52,098 bases of DNA. It comes from Gammaproteobacteria bacterium. GTDB lineage: Bacteria; Pseudomonadota; Gammaproteobacteria; SZUA-229. The stretch covers positions 1 to 52,098 of the forward strand of contig JAOUMX010000004.1 of the NCBI GenBank assembly GCA_029881275.1, in the 5' to 3' direction. This document shows, piece by piece, positions 43,214 through 52,098 of this stretch. How positions within the stretch are numbered: the first letter of the stretch is position 1; each line of letters opens with the position of its first letter. A program made the translations under genes and the position numbers. The notes below the pieces were generated by a model. That model was not told where the DNA came from. It worked only from the letters and a program-made list of their open reading frames with translations, and made no database searches.

Positions 43214-44137
43214 ATGAGCATAATTGAACAGATTGCAGATGAACTGGTCACTTTGCGTGATTGCGTGCGCTGGGGTGTGAGCCATTTTCATGAGGCGAAT
43301 ATCTTTTATGGTCATGGCATGAGCTCGGCACTGGATGAATCGGTATACCTGTGTTTGTTTGCGCTACACCTGGCGCATGATTTTTCCGATGACTATTTTG
43401 ACTGTCGTCTGACACGGGATGAAAGAATTAAAGTGCTGACCTTGTTACAAAGCCGTATCGATGAGCGTAAGCCTGCCGCTTATCTGACCCATGAGGCCTG
43501 GTTTGCCGGCCTTAAATTCTATGTTGACGAAAATGTACTGGTGCCACGTTCCCCTCTTGCCGAATTGATTGAAAATCGTTTTGAGCCCTGGGTGGTGCCT
43601 GAGCAGGTCGACAGTATTCTGGATTTATGCACCGGTAGCGGCTGTATTGCCATTGCCTGTGCTTATGCCTTTGACTGGGCTGATGTCGACGCGGTGGATG
43701 TTTCGCCCGGAGCGCTGGATGTGGCTGAACGAAATGTGTCAGAACACCAGCTGGAAGAGCGGGTCAGTCTAATCGAGTCGGATCTGTTTTCTGATCTGCC
43801 GCCCCGGCGCTACGATATTATTGTCAGTAATCCGCCTTATGTCGATGCCGAGGATATGGCCAGTTTACCTGATGAGTATTTGCATGAGCCGTGTCTGGGT
43901 CTGGCGGCAGGTGAAGACGGGCTGGATCTGGTGATTCCTATTTTGCAGCAGGCCCGGGAGTTTTTAACTGATAAGGGCGTACTGGTGGTTGAGGTGGGTA
44001 ATTCCCATTACGCTCTGCAGCATCGATTTTCACAGGTGCCCTTTTACTGGCTGGAGTTTGAACGGGGAGGGGAAGGTGTCTTTTTGTTAACGGCAGAACA
44101 ACTGGATGAGTTTCAGGATGATTTTGATAATGCCTGA
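43214..44137 (+). CDS. prmB: 50S ribosomal protein L3 N5-glutamine methyltransferase
   Basis: ELVTLRD..RW, FYGHG, PAAYLTHEAWF, VLVPRSP, LDLCTGSGCIA, VSNPPY, EVGNS. Confidence 0.95.
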   Translation: MSIIEQIADELVTLRDCVRWGVSHFHEANIFYGHGMSSALDESVYLCLFALHLAHDFSDDYFDCRLTRDERIKVLTLLQSRIDERKPAAYLTHEAWFAGLKFYVDENVLVPRSPLAELIENRFEPWVVPEQVDSILDLCTGSGCIAIACAYAFDWADVDAVDVSPGALDVAERNVSEHQLEERVSLIESDLFSDLPPRRYDIIVSNPPYVDAEDMASLPDEYLHEPCLGLAAGEDGLDLVIPILQQAREFLTDKGVLVVEVGNSHYALQHRFSQVPFYWLEFERGGEGVFLLTAEQLDEFQDDFDNA

Positions 44138-44153
44138 GCCAAAGCTAATTCAT

Positions 44154-45251
44154 CTATTCAACCGGTTTGAGTCTTAGCAGGGGCAGGTTAAACCAGAAGG
44201 TTGCTCCGTTCTGACCATTGTTATAGGCACCGATACTGCCATCGTGTAAATCGAGCAGCTCTTTGCATATGGGTAGACCCAGTCCGTTACTGTCTTCGCC
44301 ATCGGTGGGTTTGTTGCTGAAGTCGGCATCTTTAATAAAAAGATTGTTTATATCATTGTCAGTGAGACCGGGACCGGTATCGCTGACTTCGGTGCAGATC
44401 ATATCGCCGGATAATTTTACCGAAACCGTAATAATGTCTCCCGCAGAACAGAATTTAATGGCATTACCCACATAGTTATCCAGCACCTGACTGATCCGGG
44501 TACGGTCAGCCTCAGCAACCAGTTTTTCGGCTGAGTGTTTGGTGATGAGGCCGATTTTTTTCTCATTGGCGCGTTCTCTGTGCCGTTCAATAACTTCATC
44601 TGCCAGCTGGTTCAGGTTAACCGGTGATTTGGTGAGCTGAATCTGTCCCAGGCCCGATGCCTGCATATTGAGTACGCAGTTGGCAATATTCTGTACATAG
44701 CTGGCCGATTCACTGATGGACGTCATGTTTTTCATCAGTTCGGTAGCGTTTATTTCATTACTGGCCAGTTTGAGTCTGGCTTTATTGGCAATGTCTTTGA
44801 TATAGGCCAGTGGTTTACGCATGTCATGGCTGGCTGTATTTAGAAATTCTGCATTGAGTGCGGACAGCTGGGTTAACGTCAGCTGGGTATGCATACGGGC
44901 GATTAGTATCGGAAAATTAATCGGTTTGATGACATAGTCATTGGCGCCCAGTTCCAGTGCGCGAATAATGCGTTGATCTTCATCGATGGCGGTCACCATG
45001 ATAATCGGCAGCTCAACCATGGAGTAGGTCTGACGCAGAGTATGCAATACCTGAAGGCCCATTACTTCGGGCATCATGACATCGAGTAATAATAAATCCG
45101 GTTTTTTCAGGCGCACCATGTCCAGTGCCTGCTGGCCATTTTCGGCAAAACGCAGATGTGTGAAATTCTTGTGGGTAAGAAATTGCTTCATAACGTCCCT
45201 GTTAAGCGGTTCGTCTTCAGCAATCAAAATATCTGGTTCGTTTAATATCAT
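44154..45251 (-). CDS. Cytoplasmic hybrid protein: receiver domain plus histidine kinase
   Basis: Receiver AEDE, LLLDVMMP, MVTA, KP; H-box SHDMRKPL; N-box NAIKF; G1 DTGPG; G2 GLGL; no TM segment. Confidence 0.9.
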   Translation of the reverse strand: MILNEPDILIAEDEPLNRDVMKQFLTHKNFTHLRFAENGQQALDMVRLKKPDLLLLDVMMPEVMGLQVLHTLRQTYSMVELPIIMVTAIDEDQRIIRALELGANDYVIKPINFPILIARMHTQLTLTQLSALNAEFLNTASHDMRKPLAYIKDIANKARLKLASNEINATELMKNMTSISESASYVQNIANCVLNMQASGLGQIQLTKSPVNLNQLADEVIERHRERANEKKIGLITKHSAEKLVAEADRTRISQVLDNYVGNAIKFCSAGDIITVSVKLSGDMICTEVSDTGPGLTDNDINNLFIKDADFSNKPTDGEDSNGLGLPICKELLDLHDGSIGAYNNGQNGATFWFNLPLLRLKPVE

Positions 45252-45422
45252 TTTTTATTCTATGAAGATATTTCTCCGACACTATAATGGTTTAAATAGC
45301 TTGATGACAAGTTGATTTATGAAGAAAAAAGGCCTGAAAAACAAAACAGGGCTGATTTCATCAGTGAATTTATAAAATAGACAGGTTAAGATTCATGCTT
45401 GAATAAAACCTGGGGATAAATT

Positions 45423-46532
45423 GTGTCTGGAAATACCATTGGTAAACTGTTTACTGTCACTACCAGCGGCGAAAGCCATGGGCCTGCATTGCTGGCAATA
45501 GTGGATGGTTGTCCTCCAGGTCTGGAATTATCTGAAGCTGATTTACAGCATGATCTGGATCGTCGCCGCCCCGGCACTTCCCGTCATACCACACAGCGTC
45601 GGGAGCCTGATGCGGTGAAAATTCTATCCGGTGTTTTTGAAGGCAAAACCACGGGCGCGCCGATCGGTCTGCTGATTGAGAATGTTGATCAGCGTTCCAA
45701 AGATTACGGCAACATCATGGATACTTTTCGTCCCGGTCATGCGGATTATACCTATACACAGAAATACGGGTTTCGTGATTATCGTGGTGGTGGTCGGTCA
45801 TCTGCGCGTGAAACTGCAATGCGTGTTGCAGCCGGTGCGATTGCAAAAAAATATCTGAGTGAACGTTATGCGATCAGAATTCGTGGTTATTTATCTCAGT
45901 TAGGTCCCATTAAAATAGAAAATCATGACTGGACTCAGGTTCATCAGAATCCATTTTTCTGTCCGGATGCGGAAAAAGTGGCCGTGATGGAAGATTATAT
46001 GGATGCTCTGCGTAAGGAAGGTAATTCGGTTGGCGCAAAAATATCAGTCATAGCAGAAGGTGTGCCACCGGGTCTGGGTGAGCCTATATTTGATCGTATG
46101 GATGCTGATATTGCCTATGCCATGATGAGTATAAATGCTGCCAAGGGGGTTGAAATTGGTGGTGGTTTTGCATGTGTTGAAGCCAGGGGTACAGATTTTC
46201 GTGATGAAATAACGCCGCAGGGGTTTCTGACAAATCACGCTGGCGGTATTCTGGGTGGTATTACCTCGGGTCAGGATCTAATCGTGCACACGGCATTTAA
46301 ACCAACTTCAAGTTTGCGTCTGCCAGGGCGCAGCGTGGATAAAAATGGCAATCCTGTCGAGGTAGTTACCGAAGGGCGCCATGATCCCTGCGTGGGTATC
46401 AGGGCAACGCCTATCTGTGAAGCTATGCTGGCAATGGTATTAATGGATCACATGATGCGCTTTAATGCTCAATGTGGAGATGTCAGGTGTGAGACGCCGG
46501 TTATTCCTGCTCAGGCACCTGTAAACAAATAA
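45423..46532 (+). CDS. aroC: Chorismate synthase
   Basis: [48 protein letters not shown]; GTG start. Confidence 0.97.
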   Translation: MSGNTIGKLFTVTTSGESHGPALLAIVDGCPPGLELSEADLQHDLDRRRPGTSRHTTQRREPDAVKILSGVFEGKTTGAPIGLLIENVDQRSKDYGNIMDTFRPGHADYTYTQKYGFRDYRGGGRSSARETAMRVAAGAIAKKYLSERYAIRIRGYLSQLGPIKIENHDWTQVHQNPFFCPDAEKVAVMEDYMDALRKEGNSVGAKISVIAEGVPPGLGEPIFDRMDADIAYAMMSINAAKGVEIGGGFACVEARGTDFRDEITPQGFLTNHAGGILGGITSGQDLIVHTAFKPTSSLRLPGRSVDKNGNPVEVVTEGRHDPCVGIRATPICEAMLAMVLMDHMMRFNAQCGDVRCETPVIPAQAPVNK

Positions 46533-46644
46533 GTTCTTCATATATGTCGTGCACAGGAATTTTTCCTGTTTCTCTGGATATATCAATAGCTATTTTTTTT
46601 CTGGGGTTTGACTGTCTCTGTGATTAAATTATTTTTAGAAATCC

Positions 46645-47808
46645 ATGACTTCTGATTCAGTTCCATACTGGAGATTATCCAGTTTTTATCTTCTCTATTT
46701 TGCATCTCTTGGTGTTATGGTGCCTTACTGGGGGCTCTATCTTCAGTCGTTGGCATTTGATGCGCGTGCCATTGGTGAGTTAATGGCCATTATTATGGCG
46801 ACAAAAATTATTGCGCCTTATATATGGGGCTGGATCGCAGATCATACCGGCAAGGGTATCCTGATTATTCGTCTTGCTTCTATCTGCGCTTTAGTCAGCT
46901 TTTTTGCCGTTTTTATTCGATCCGATTTCTGGTGGCTGGCCATGGTGATGGTGTTGTTCAGTTTTTTCTGGAATGCCGAGCTACCTCAGTTTGAAGCCAA
47001 CACCATGAATCACCTGGGTAAGGATACTCATAAATACAGCGTAATACGTTTATGGGGATCCATGGGCTTTATACTCTCAGTAGTGGGGTTGGGTGTTCTG
47101 CTGGATTATTATGAATTAACACTGGTGCCTCAGGTCGTCATAGTGCTGTTTGCCGGTATTGCCATTAGCAGTTTTCTGGTGCCCGAGAAAAATGGTGTTG
47201 TACATATACAGCAACAGGGTTCAATTATGGATGTATTAAAACAGCCCGTGGTAATAGCCTTGCTACTGGTCTGTTTTCTGGCGCAATTGAGTCATGGCCC
47301 ATATTACACGTTTTATTCAATATTTTTAAAACAGCACAATTACGATAACAGTACTCTGGGCTGGTTATGGGCATTGGGCGTGATTGCAGAAATTATTGTA
47401 TTTCTCTATATGCATCGATTAATGCCGTTTTTTGGTGCCAGAAAGCTATTGTTAGTGGCGTTGATTAGTACGGCTTTGCGCTGGTATTTAATTGGACATT
47501 ACATTGATGAAATTGTTGTTATTTTACTGGCGCAGTTATTACATGCCGCCAGTTTTGGTCTATTTCATGCGGTATCAATTGACATGTTTCACCGTTTATT
47601 TAAAGGCAAGTACCAGGGAAGAGGACAGGCATTGTATTCCAGTATCAGTTTTGGTGCCGGAGGTGCGGTCGGTAGTTATATTAGTGGTCAATTCTGGGAT
47701 CGTGTTGATGCCGTGTTTATTTTTAATGTTGCCGCGCTGGTGTCTTTTGTAGCGTTTCTAATTACCTGGAAGTACATTCGGTTTCCTGCCGCAGAGTATG
47801 GTAATTAA
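46645..47808 (+). CDS. MFS transporter (HcaT/MFS_1-like group)
   Basis: About 12 TM segments; PYWRLSSFY, WGWIAD, YSVIRLWGSMGF, HGPYYTF, GQALYSSISFGAGG. Confidence 0.88.
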   Translation: MTSDSVPYWRLSSFYLLYFASLGVMVPYWGLYLQSLAFDARAIGELMAIIMATKIIAPYIWGWIADHTGKGILIIRLASICALVSFFAVFIRSDFWWLAMVMVLFSFFWNAELPQFEANTMNHLGKDTHKYSVIRLWGSMGFILSVVGLGVLLDYYELTLVPQVVIVLFAGIAISSFLVPEKNGVVHIQQQGSIMDVLKQPVVIALLLVCFLAQLSHGPYYTFYSIFLKQHNYDNSTLGWLWALGVIAEIIVFLYMHRLMPFFGARKLLLVALISTALRWYLIGHYIDEIVVILLAQLLHAASFGLFHAVSIDMFHRLFKGKYQGRGQALYSSISFGAGGAVGSYISGQFWDRVDAVFIFNVAALVSFVAFLITWKYIRFPAAEYGN

Positions 47809-47934
47809 TTGGCTGTTATTATTAAAATAACATTTTTATAAGCTATAAAGTTATGGTTGCTGCTTGAATAGTGAATGTCTGGGTAAAGAATGTTATGTAT
47901 CAGTGTTGCTGAAAAAACAAATGAATAAAACTTT

Positions 47935-49644
47935 ATGATTAAAAAGAAATATAAAGCGGTTCTTGTCAGTGGCTTAATGGTTATCCTGAGCATTATCGTA
48001 GTTGATGTTTTTATTTCATTGAAAAGAATTAATCTAGTCGATCTTCACCTTGAATCAGTAGTGAATGAGCATATGTATCATGCTATTTCAGCTGAGAACA
48101 TGATATATCATGCCAGAGAAAGAAGCCTTTTGATGCTGCAGATTATTATGACGGAAGATGCTTTGGGGCAAGAAGGTCTAAAAAGAGATTTTTCCTATCA
48201 CGGTGAACAGTTTCTTCAAATGCGAAAAAATGTTATTGATTCAAACCCTGATGAAGGAGAGCGTCTTATTATTGATCAACAGGATAAGTTGTCAGAAAAA
48301 GTGTTGTCGATGCAGCATCAGGTTATTGAGCTTGCGGAGCATGGGCGTTTTGTTGAGGCAAAAAGATTGCTGCTTGAGAAAGTGTTGCCTGTTCAAAACG
48401 GAGTTATTTCTTTATTGCGTCAATTTATTGAGTTGCAGAATAATCACACAAGACATGCGCTTGAAGAGTCGGGCCAGGCATATCTGAAAACAGTTTATAC
48501 AACGGTATTTTCCATCGTTGCTATTGTACTGGTTGGCGGACTTCTGATTTATTATTTATCGCGAAAATTTTCTTCAATTGATGAACAAATGCGTAAACGC
48601 GATGAGGAATTGCATATTACTAATCGTATTCTGAATGATAATATTGGAGAGCTAAATGCTGTAACGGAACAATTGCAAAAAAGTGAGCAGCAGGAGCGTG
48701 CTATTCGTGAAAATATGCTGGATGCTGTAATTATGATCAATGCTCGTGGTGTGATGGAATCTTGCAATCCTGCAGCAGAAAAAATATTTGGTTATACAAA
48801 AGAAGAAATGCTGGGACAGAATGTTGCTATGCTAATGCCGACCTCTTTTCGTAATAAACATGATATGTATCTGAAAAAATATCGTGATACCGGTGAGTCC
48901 ATGAATATGAATATGGCACGAGATCAAAATGGCATGCGTAAAGATGGTTCTGTTTTTCCTCTTGATATTGGTATTAGTCAGATGATGCTTGATAATGAAG
49001 TTAAGGTGGTCGGTATCATGCGAGATATTACTGAACGAGTTGAGGCTGAAAAAGTATTGCGCCGATCCAAGGAGGAACTTGAGCAGCTTGTTCATTTGCG
49101 CACAGTTGAACTGGAGGAGGCTAATCAGCAGTTATTGCATCTGGCAAGGCATGACAGCCTTACCGGGCTGGCTAATCGTGCCTTGCTCGAAGAAAATCTT
49201 AAAGTAGCCATTGCCTATGCCAGGCGAAATGAGAAAATGGTTGCACTTATGTTTATTGATCTTGATGGGTTTAAACAGGTTAATGATACTCTCGGTCATG
49301 ATGTGGGTGATCAGTTACTGATTAAGGTGGCTTATAAATTAAAAAGTTTTGTACGCGCTGAAGACTGTGTTTCACGTATGGGTGGCGATGAATTTGTAAT
49401 TATGTTATTTGGTCTGGAAAATGAACATGATGTTTCTGTAACAGCGCAGCGTATTCTTGATGACTTTATTCAGCCGATTGACATCAGTGGTCATGATATT
49501 AATGTCGGTGCCAGTATAGGTATTAGTCTGTTTCCTGAAAATGCTGATGACTGTGTGAGTATGATTAAATGTGCGGATGAGGCAATGTATCAGGTGAAAA
49601 AATCCGGAAAAAACAATTATGGATTTTGTGACAGGAAAATCTAA
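47935..49644 (+). CDS. Membrane-bound diguanylate cyclase with four-helix periplasmic sensor and FixL-like PAS domain
   Basis: Two TM segments; PAS NPAAEKIFGY..EEMLGQNV..LMP....KHD.YL..Y...G..RKDGSVFP; HDSLTGLANR, DLDGFKQVNDTLGHDVGD, RAEDCVSRMGGDEF. Confidence 0.9.
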   Translation: MIKKKYKAVLVSGLMVILSIIVVDVFISLKRINLVDLHLESVVNEHMYHAISAENMIYHARERSLLMLQIIMTEDALGQEGLKRDFSYHGEQFLQMRKNVIDSNPDEGERLIIDQQDKLSEKVLSMQHQVIELAEHGRFVEAKRLLLEKVLPVQNGVISLLRQFIELQNNHTRHALEESGQAYLKTVYTTVFSIVAIVLVGGLLIYYLSRKFSSIDEQMRKRDEELHITNRILNDNIGELNAVTEQLQKSEQQERAIRENMLDAVIMINARGVMESCNPAAEKIFGYTKEEMLGQNVAMLMPTSFRNKHDMYLKKYRDTGESMNMNMARDQNGMRKDGSVFPLDIGISQMMLDNEVKVVGIMRDITERVEAEKVLRRSKEELEQLVHLRTVELEEANQQLLHLARHDSLTGLANRALLEENLKVAIAYARRNEKMVALMFIDLDGFKQVNDTLGHDVGDQLLIKVAYKLKSFVRAEDCVSRMGGDEFVIMLFGLENEHDVSVTAQRILDDFIQPIDISGHDINVGASIGISLFPENADDCVSMIKCADEAMYQVKKSGKNNYGFCDRKI

Positions 49645-49675
49645 TTAATTTTTATAGATAAATGATCATGTTGTT

Positions 49676-49709
49676 AATAACAGGCGAGTAAAAACTCGCC
49701 TGTTATTTT
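49676..49709. terminator. Bidirectional terminator
   Basis: aataacaggcgagt-aaaa-actcgcctgttatt, 14-bp stem between convergent genes. Confidence 0.85.
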
Positions 49710-49720
49710 GGTTCAGCAAA

Positions 49721-50173
49721 TTAAGCGATTAATTTTTCACATTGTGCGATGCAGTTTTTGCATGAGTCTGCACAGGCTTTGCATTCGGCATGTTTGTCTT
49801 CATGTTTCTGGCATTCTTTTCGACAGTCTTTGCATGTCTCAATGCAGACCTTTGCGAAAGCTGTTAAATGCCGCGACTGGTATGATGCCAGTTTTGACAG
49901 AGTGGCACACATGGCCAGCATTTCATTGACTGTATCAGCGCAATCAGCAACCGAGTTATCGCCCTTTTTAAACAGTAACATGCAATGATCAAGACAGGCC
50001 TGGCCTTTTTTCAGGCAATCAAGAGCTGCATCAATAGCTGCTTCATGGGGGTTACTTGCATGATGGTGTTGATGGTCCATTTCAGCAAATGAGATATTGC
50101 TTGCGGTCATGGCCATAACGGCTGTTGCACCGGTTAATAGTTCGCGTCGTCCCAGGGATATTTTTTCAGACAT
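49721..50173 (-). CDS. Tat-exported four-helix-bundle copper storage protein (Csp1/2-like)
   Basis: Twin-arginine signal GRRELL; His-rich MDHQHHH; 14 Cys, mostly in CxxC/CxxxC spacing. Confidence 0.88.
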   Translation of the reverse strand: MSEKISLGRRELLTGATAVMAMTASNISFAEMDHQHHHASNPHEAAIDAALDCLKKGQACLDHCMLLFKKGDNSVADCADTVNEMLAMCATLSKLASYQSRHLTAFAKVCIETCKDCRKECQKHEDKHAECKACADSCKNCIAQCEKLIA

Positions 50174-50254
50174 GTTTGTACCTTTAAGTTCTATATGATT
50201 TTTAATAGAGATTAATATTAGTCGGTAATCTGAAAAGTTTCAGAAATATAAAGC

Positions 50255-51127
50255 TTAGTCACTAATATTACTGAGTTGATCTAATAGCTTTTTTGCCGCA
50301 TTTGAAAGTGTACGTTCTGTATGGTAGGCCACGCCTAGCTGTCGTTCCATGCTAAATTGTCTGACCTTGAGAACAGTCATGTCTGCTGAAATCATGGAGA
50401 TGGGCAAGACGCTCCAGCCGAGACCGATAGAAACCATCATTTTGATGGTTTCAAGATAATTGGTTTCCATGGCAATATGCAGTTTACCGCTTTCCAGGCC
50501 GGGTATCTGTTCCAGTAGTGCACGGGTAAATGTGCCTGAGGATGGCAATATGGCCGGGTATTTTATGACCTCGGTTAAGGTACAGGTTTTGCGCTTGGCC
50601 AGTGGGTGATCCGTGCCGACCGCTATGCCCAGTGGATCATGCCAGATGATTCTGGTGGTAAGGTTTTTTTCCGCCTGTCTTGGTAGTGTGGCAATGGCCA
50701 GTTCCAGTTCGCCTTTGATGACCCCGTGACAGGCTTCTTCAGAGTCCATGAATTGTATATCCAGATCGACATGGGGATATTCTGCTGTATAGCGACGGAG
50801 TACCGGTGGTAATCTATGCAGTCCTATGTGATGACTGGTTCCCAGCTTTAACTTACCGCTGACTGTTCCGCTGAGATTGCTGATTGCACGGCGGCTTTCT
50901 TCCAGTTCAGCGAGTATGCGTTTTGCGCTGGGCAACAGGGCCTGGCCGGCTTCAGTGAGTTGTACTGTTTTGCCAATCCGGTCAAATAGCGGCACACCCA
51001 GTTCATGTTCCAGTGCAAATATGCGTTTGCTGACTGCTGGCTGGGTGACAAATAGCTGTTCTGCTGCTCGGGAGAATGAGCTTGTTTCACTGACGTAAAT
51101 GAATGCCTGTAGATTGAGAATATCCAG
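50255..51127 (-). CDS. LysR-family transcriptional regulator divergent from leuC (apparent CTG start)
   Basis: Frame extends 44 codons upstream of the ORF-track start to give (M)DILNLQAF..SSFSRAAEQLFVTQPAVSKRIFALEHELGVPLFDR, a complete LysR HTH; AGGAG RBS 6 nt before CTG; in-frame TAG just upstream. Confidence 0.9.
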   Translation of the reverse strand: MDILNLQAFIYVSETSSFSRAAEQLFVTQPAVSKRIFALEHELGVPLFDRIGKTVQLTEAGQALLPSAKRILAELEESRRAISNLSGTVSGKLKLGTSHHIGLHRLPPVLRRYTAEYPHVDLDIQFMDSEEACHGVIKGELELAIATLPRQAEKNLTTRIIWHDPLGIAVGTDHPLAKRKTCTLTEVIKYPAILPSSGTFTRALLEQIPGLESGKLHIAMETNYLETIKMMVSIGLGWSVLPISMISADMTVLKVRQFSMERQLGVAYHTERTLSNAAKKLLDQLSNISD

Positions 51128-51136
51128 GGGTATCTC

Positions 51137-51155
51137 CTATTCCTAATTGGAATAG
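51137..51155. promoter_or_regulatory. LysR-type operator (T-N11-A inverted repeat)
   Basis: CTATTCC-taatt-GGAATAG perfect 7-bp inverted repeat containing T(51140)-N11-A(51152), in the divergent lysR/leuC intergenic region. Confidence 0.7.
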
Positions 51156-51231
51156 TTTATATGAAAAAGATGAATTTGTATTATGAATTATTCAGGCTTA
51201 GAATTTTCTTCCATATTCGGAGGACCAGGTA

Positions 51232-52098
51232 ATGTCAGCACAGACACTTTATGACAAATTATTTGCTGCCCATGTGGTACGTCAGGAAAATGAGGGCACG
51301 GCATTATTATATATTGATCGCCATCTGGTGCATGAGGTGACTTCACCTCAGGCCTTTGAGGGCTTGCGGCTTGCGGGCCGTAAACCCTGGCGCACAGATA
51401 CCGCACTGGCGGTGCCCGATCATAATGTACCCACCAGCCATCGTGATCAGGGCATTATTGACCCGGTGGCACGTACGCAGGTGGAAACACTGGATGCCAA
51501 CTGTCGTGAATTTGGCATCACTGAATTTGCCATGGATGATATTCGTCAGGGCATAGTACATGTGATTGGTCCAGAGCAGGGCGCAACATTACCGGGTATG
51601 ACACTGGTGTGTGGTGACTCCCATACGGCAACTCATGGTGCATTCGGTACCCTGGCGTTTGGCATTGGCACCTCGGAAGTTGAACATGTACTGGCGACCC
51701 AGTGTTTGCTGCAGAAAAAAATGAAAAACATGCGTATCAATGTTGAAGGCAAGCTGGGTAGGGGTGTGACTGCGAAAGATATTGTGCTGGCGGTGATTGG
51801 TGAAATTGGTACGGCCGGTGGTAACGGTTATGCCATGGAATTTGCCGGTAGCGCGATCAGAGAGCTGTCTATGGAAGGTCGTATGACTATCTGTAATATG
51901 GCCATAGAAGCCGGTGCACGCGTGGGACTGGTTGGGGTTGATGAAACCACCATTAACTATGTTAAAGGTCGTCCCTATTCGCCTAAGGGCGATATCTGGT
52001 TACAGGCGGTGAGTGCATGGCGGGATCTGGTCAGTGATGAGGGTGCACAGTTTGATACTGAGGTGACCATTGATGCAGCCAGTATTAAGCCACAGGTA
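51232..52098 (+). CDS. leuC: 3-isopropylmalate dehydratase large subunit (3'-truncated by window edge)
   Basis: Absent from the ORF track; read manually as [87 protein letters not shown]; RBS ggagg. Confidence 0.97.
   Translation, partial: MSAQTLYDKLFAAHVVRQENEGTALLYIDRHLVHEVTSPQAFEGLRLAGRKPWRTDTALAVPDHNVPTSHRDQGIIDPVARTQVETLDANCREFGITEFAMDDIRQGIVHVIGPEQGATLPGMTLVCGDSHTATHGAFGTLAFGIGTSEVEHVLATQCLLQKKMKNMRINVEGKLGRGVTAKDIVLAVIGEIGTAGGNGYAMEFAGSAIRELSMEGRMTICNMAIEAGARVGLVGVDETTINYVKGRPYSPKGDIWLQAVSAWRDLVSDEGAQFDTEVTIDAASIKPQV

Noticed and set aside
50255-50995. LysR gene as an HTH-less truncated protein or pseudogene
   Set aside because: The frame continues without stops to 51127 and encodes an intact HTH with an RBS-backed CTG.

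Overview
This is a chromosomal backbone window from a gammaproteobacterium, probably a sulfur oxidiser (inferred from a SoxK-like gene and a tandem DsrC/TusE-family gene). The core genes are nuoL(partial)-nuoM-nuoN, tRNA-fMet-rimP-nusA-infB-rbfA-truB-rpsO-pnp, tcdA, rof, acs, gluQ-dksA, xseA, guaB-guaA-tadA, a potABCD-type polyamine ABC transporter, rluF, mscS, psd, prmB, aroC, and a LysR regulator divergent from leuC (partial). Accessory genes sit between them: four c-di-GMP proteins (two with degenerate catalytic motifs), a TonB-dependent receptor, two orphan two-component proteins, two copper-handling proteins (PCuAC and a Tat-exported Csp) and a lipoprotein of unknown function. I saw no integrase, transposase, CRISPR array or prophage. 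The most unusual items are (1) a two-domain DsrC/TusE fusion with a Cys-less first domain, (2) a leuC-linked LysR gene that appears to start at CTG with an operator palindrome over its RBS, (3) an HD-GYP(LD)/GDNEF-EAL/TonB-receptor cassette between nuoN and tRNA-fMet, and (4) an orphan soxK-like gene between xseA and guaB. All calls come from motif recognition by eye; no database searches were run.
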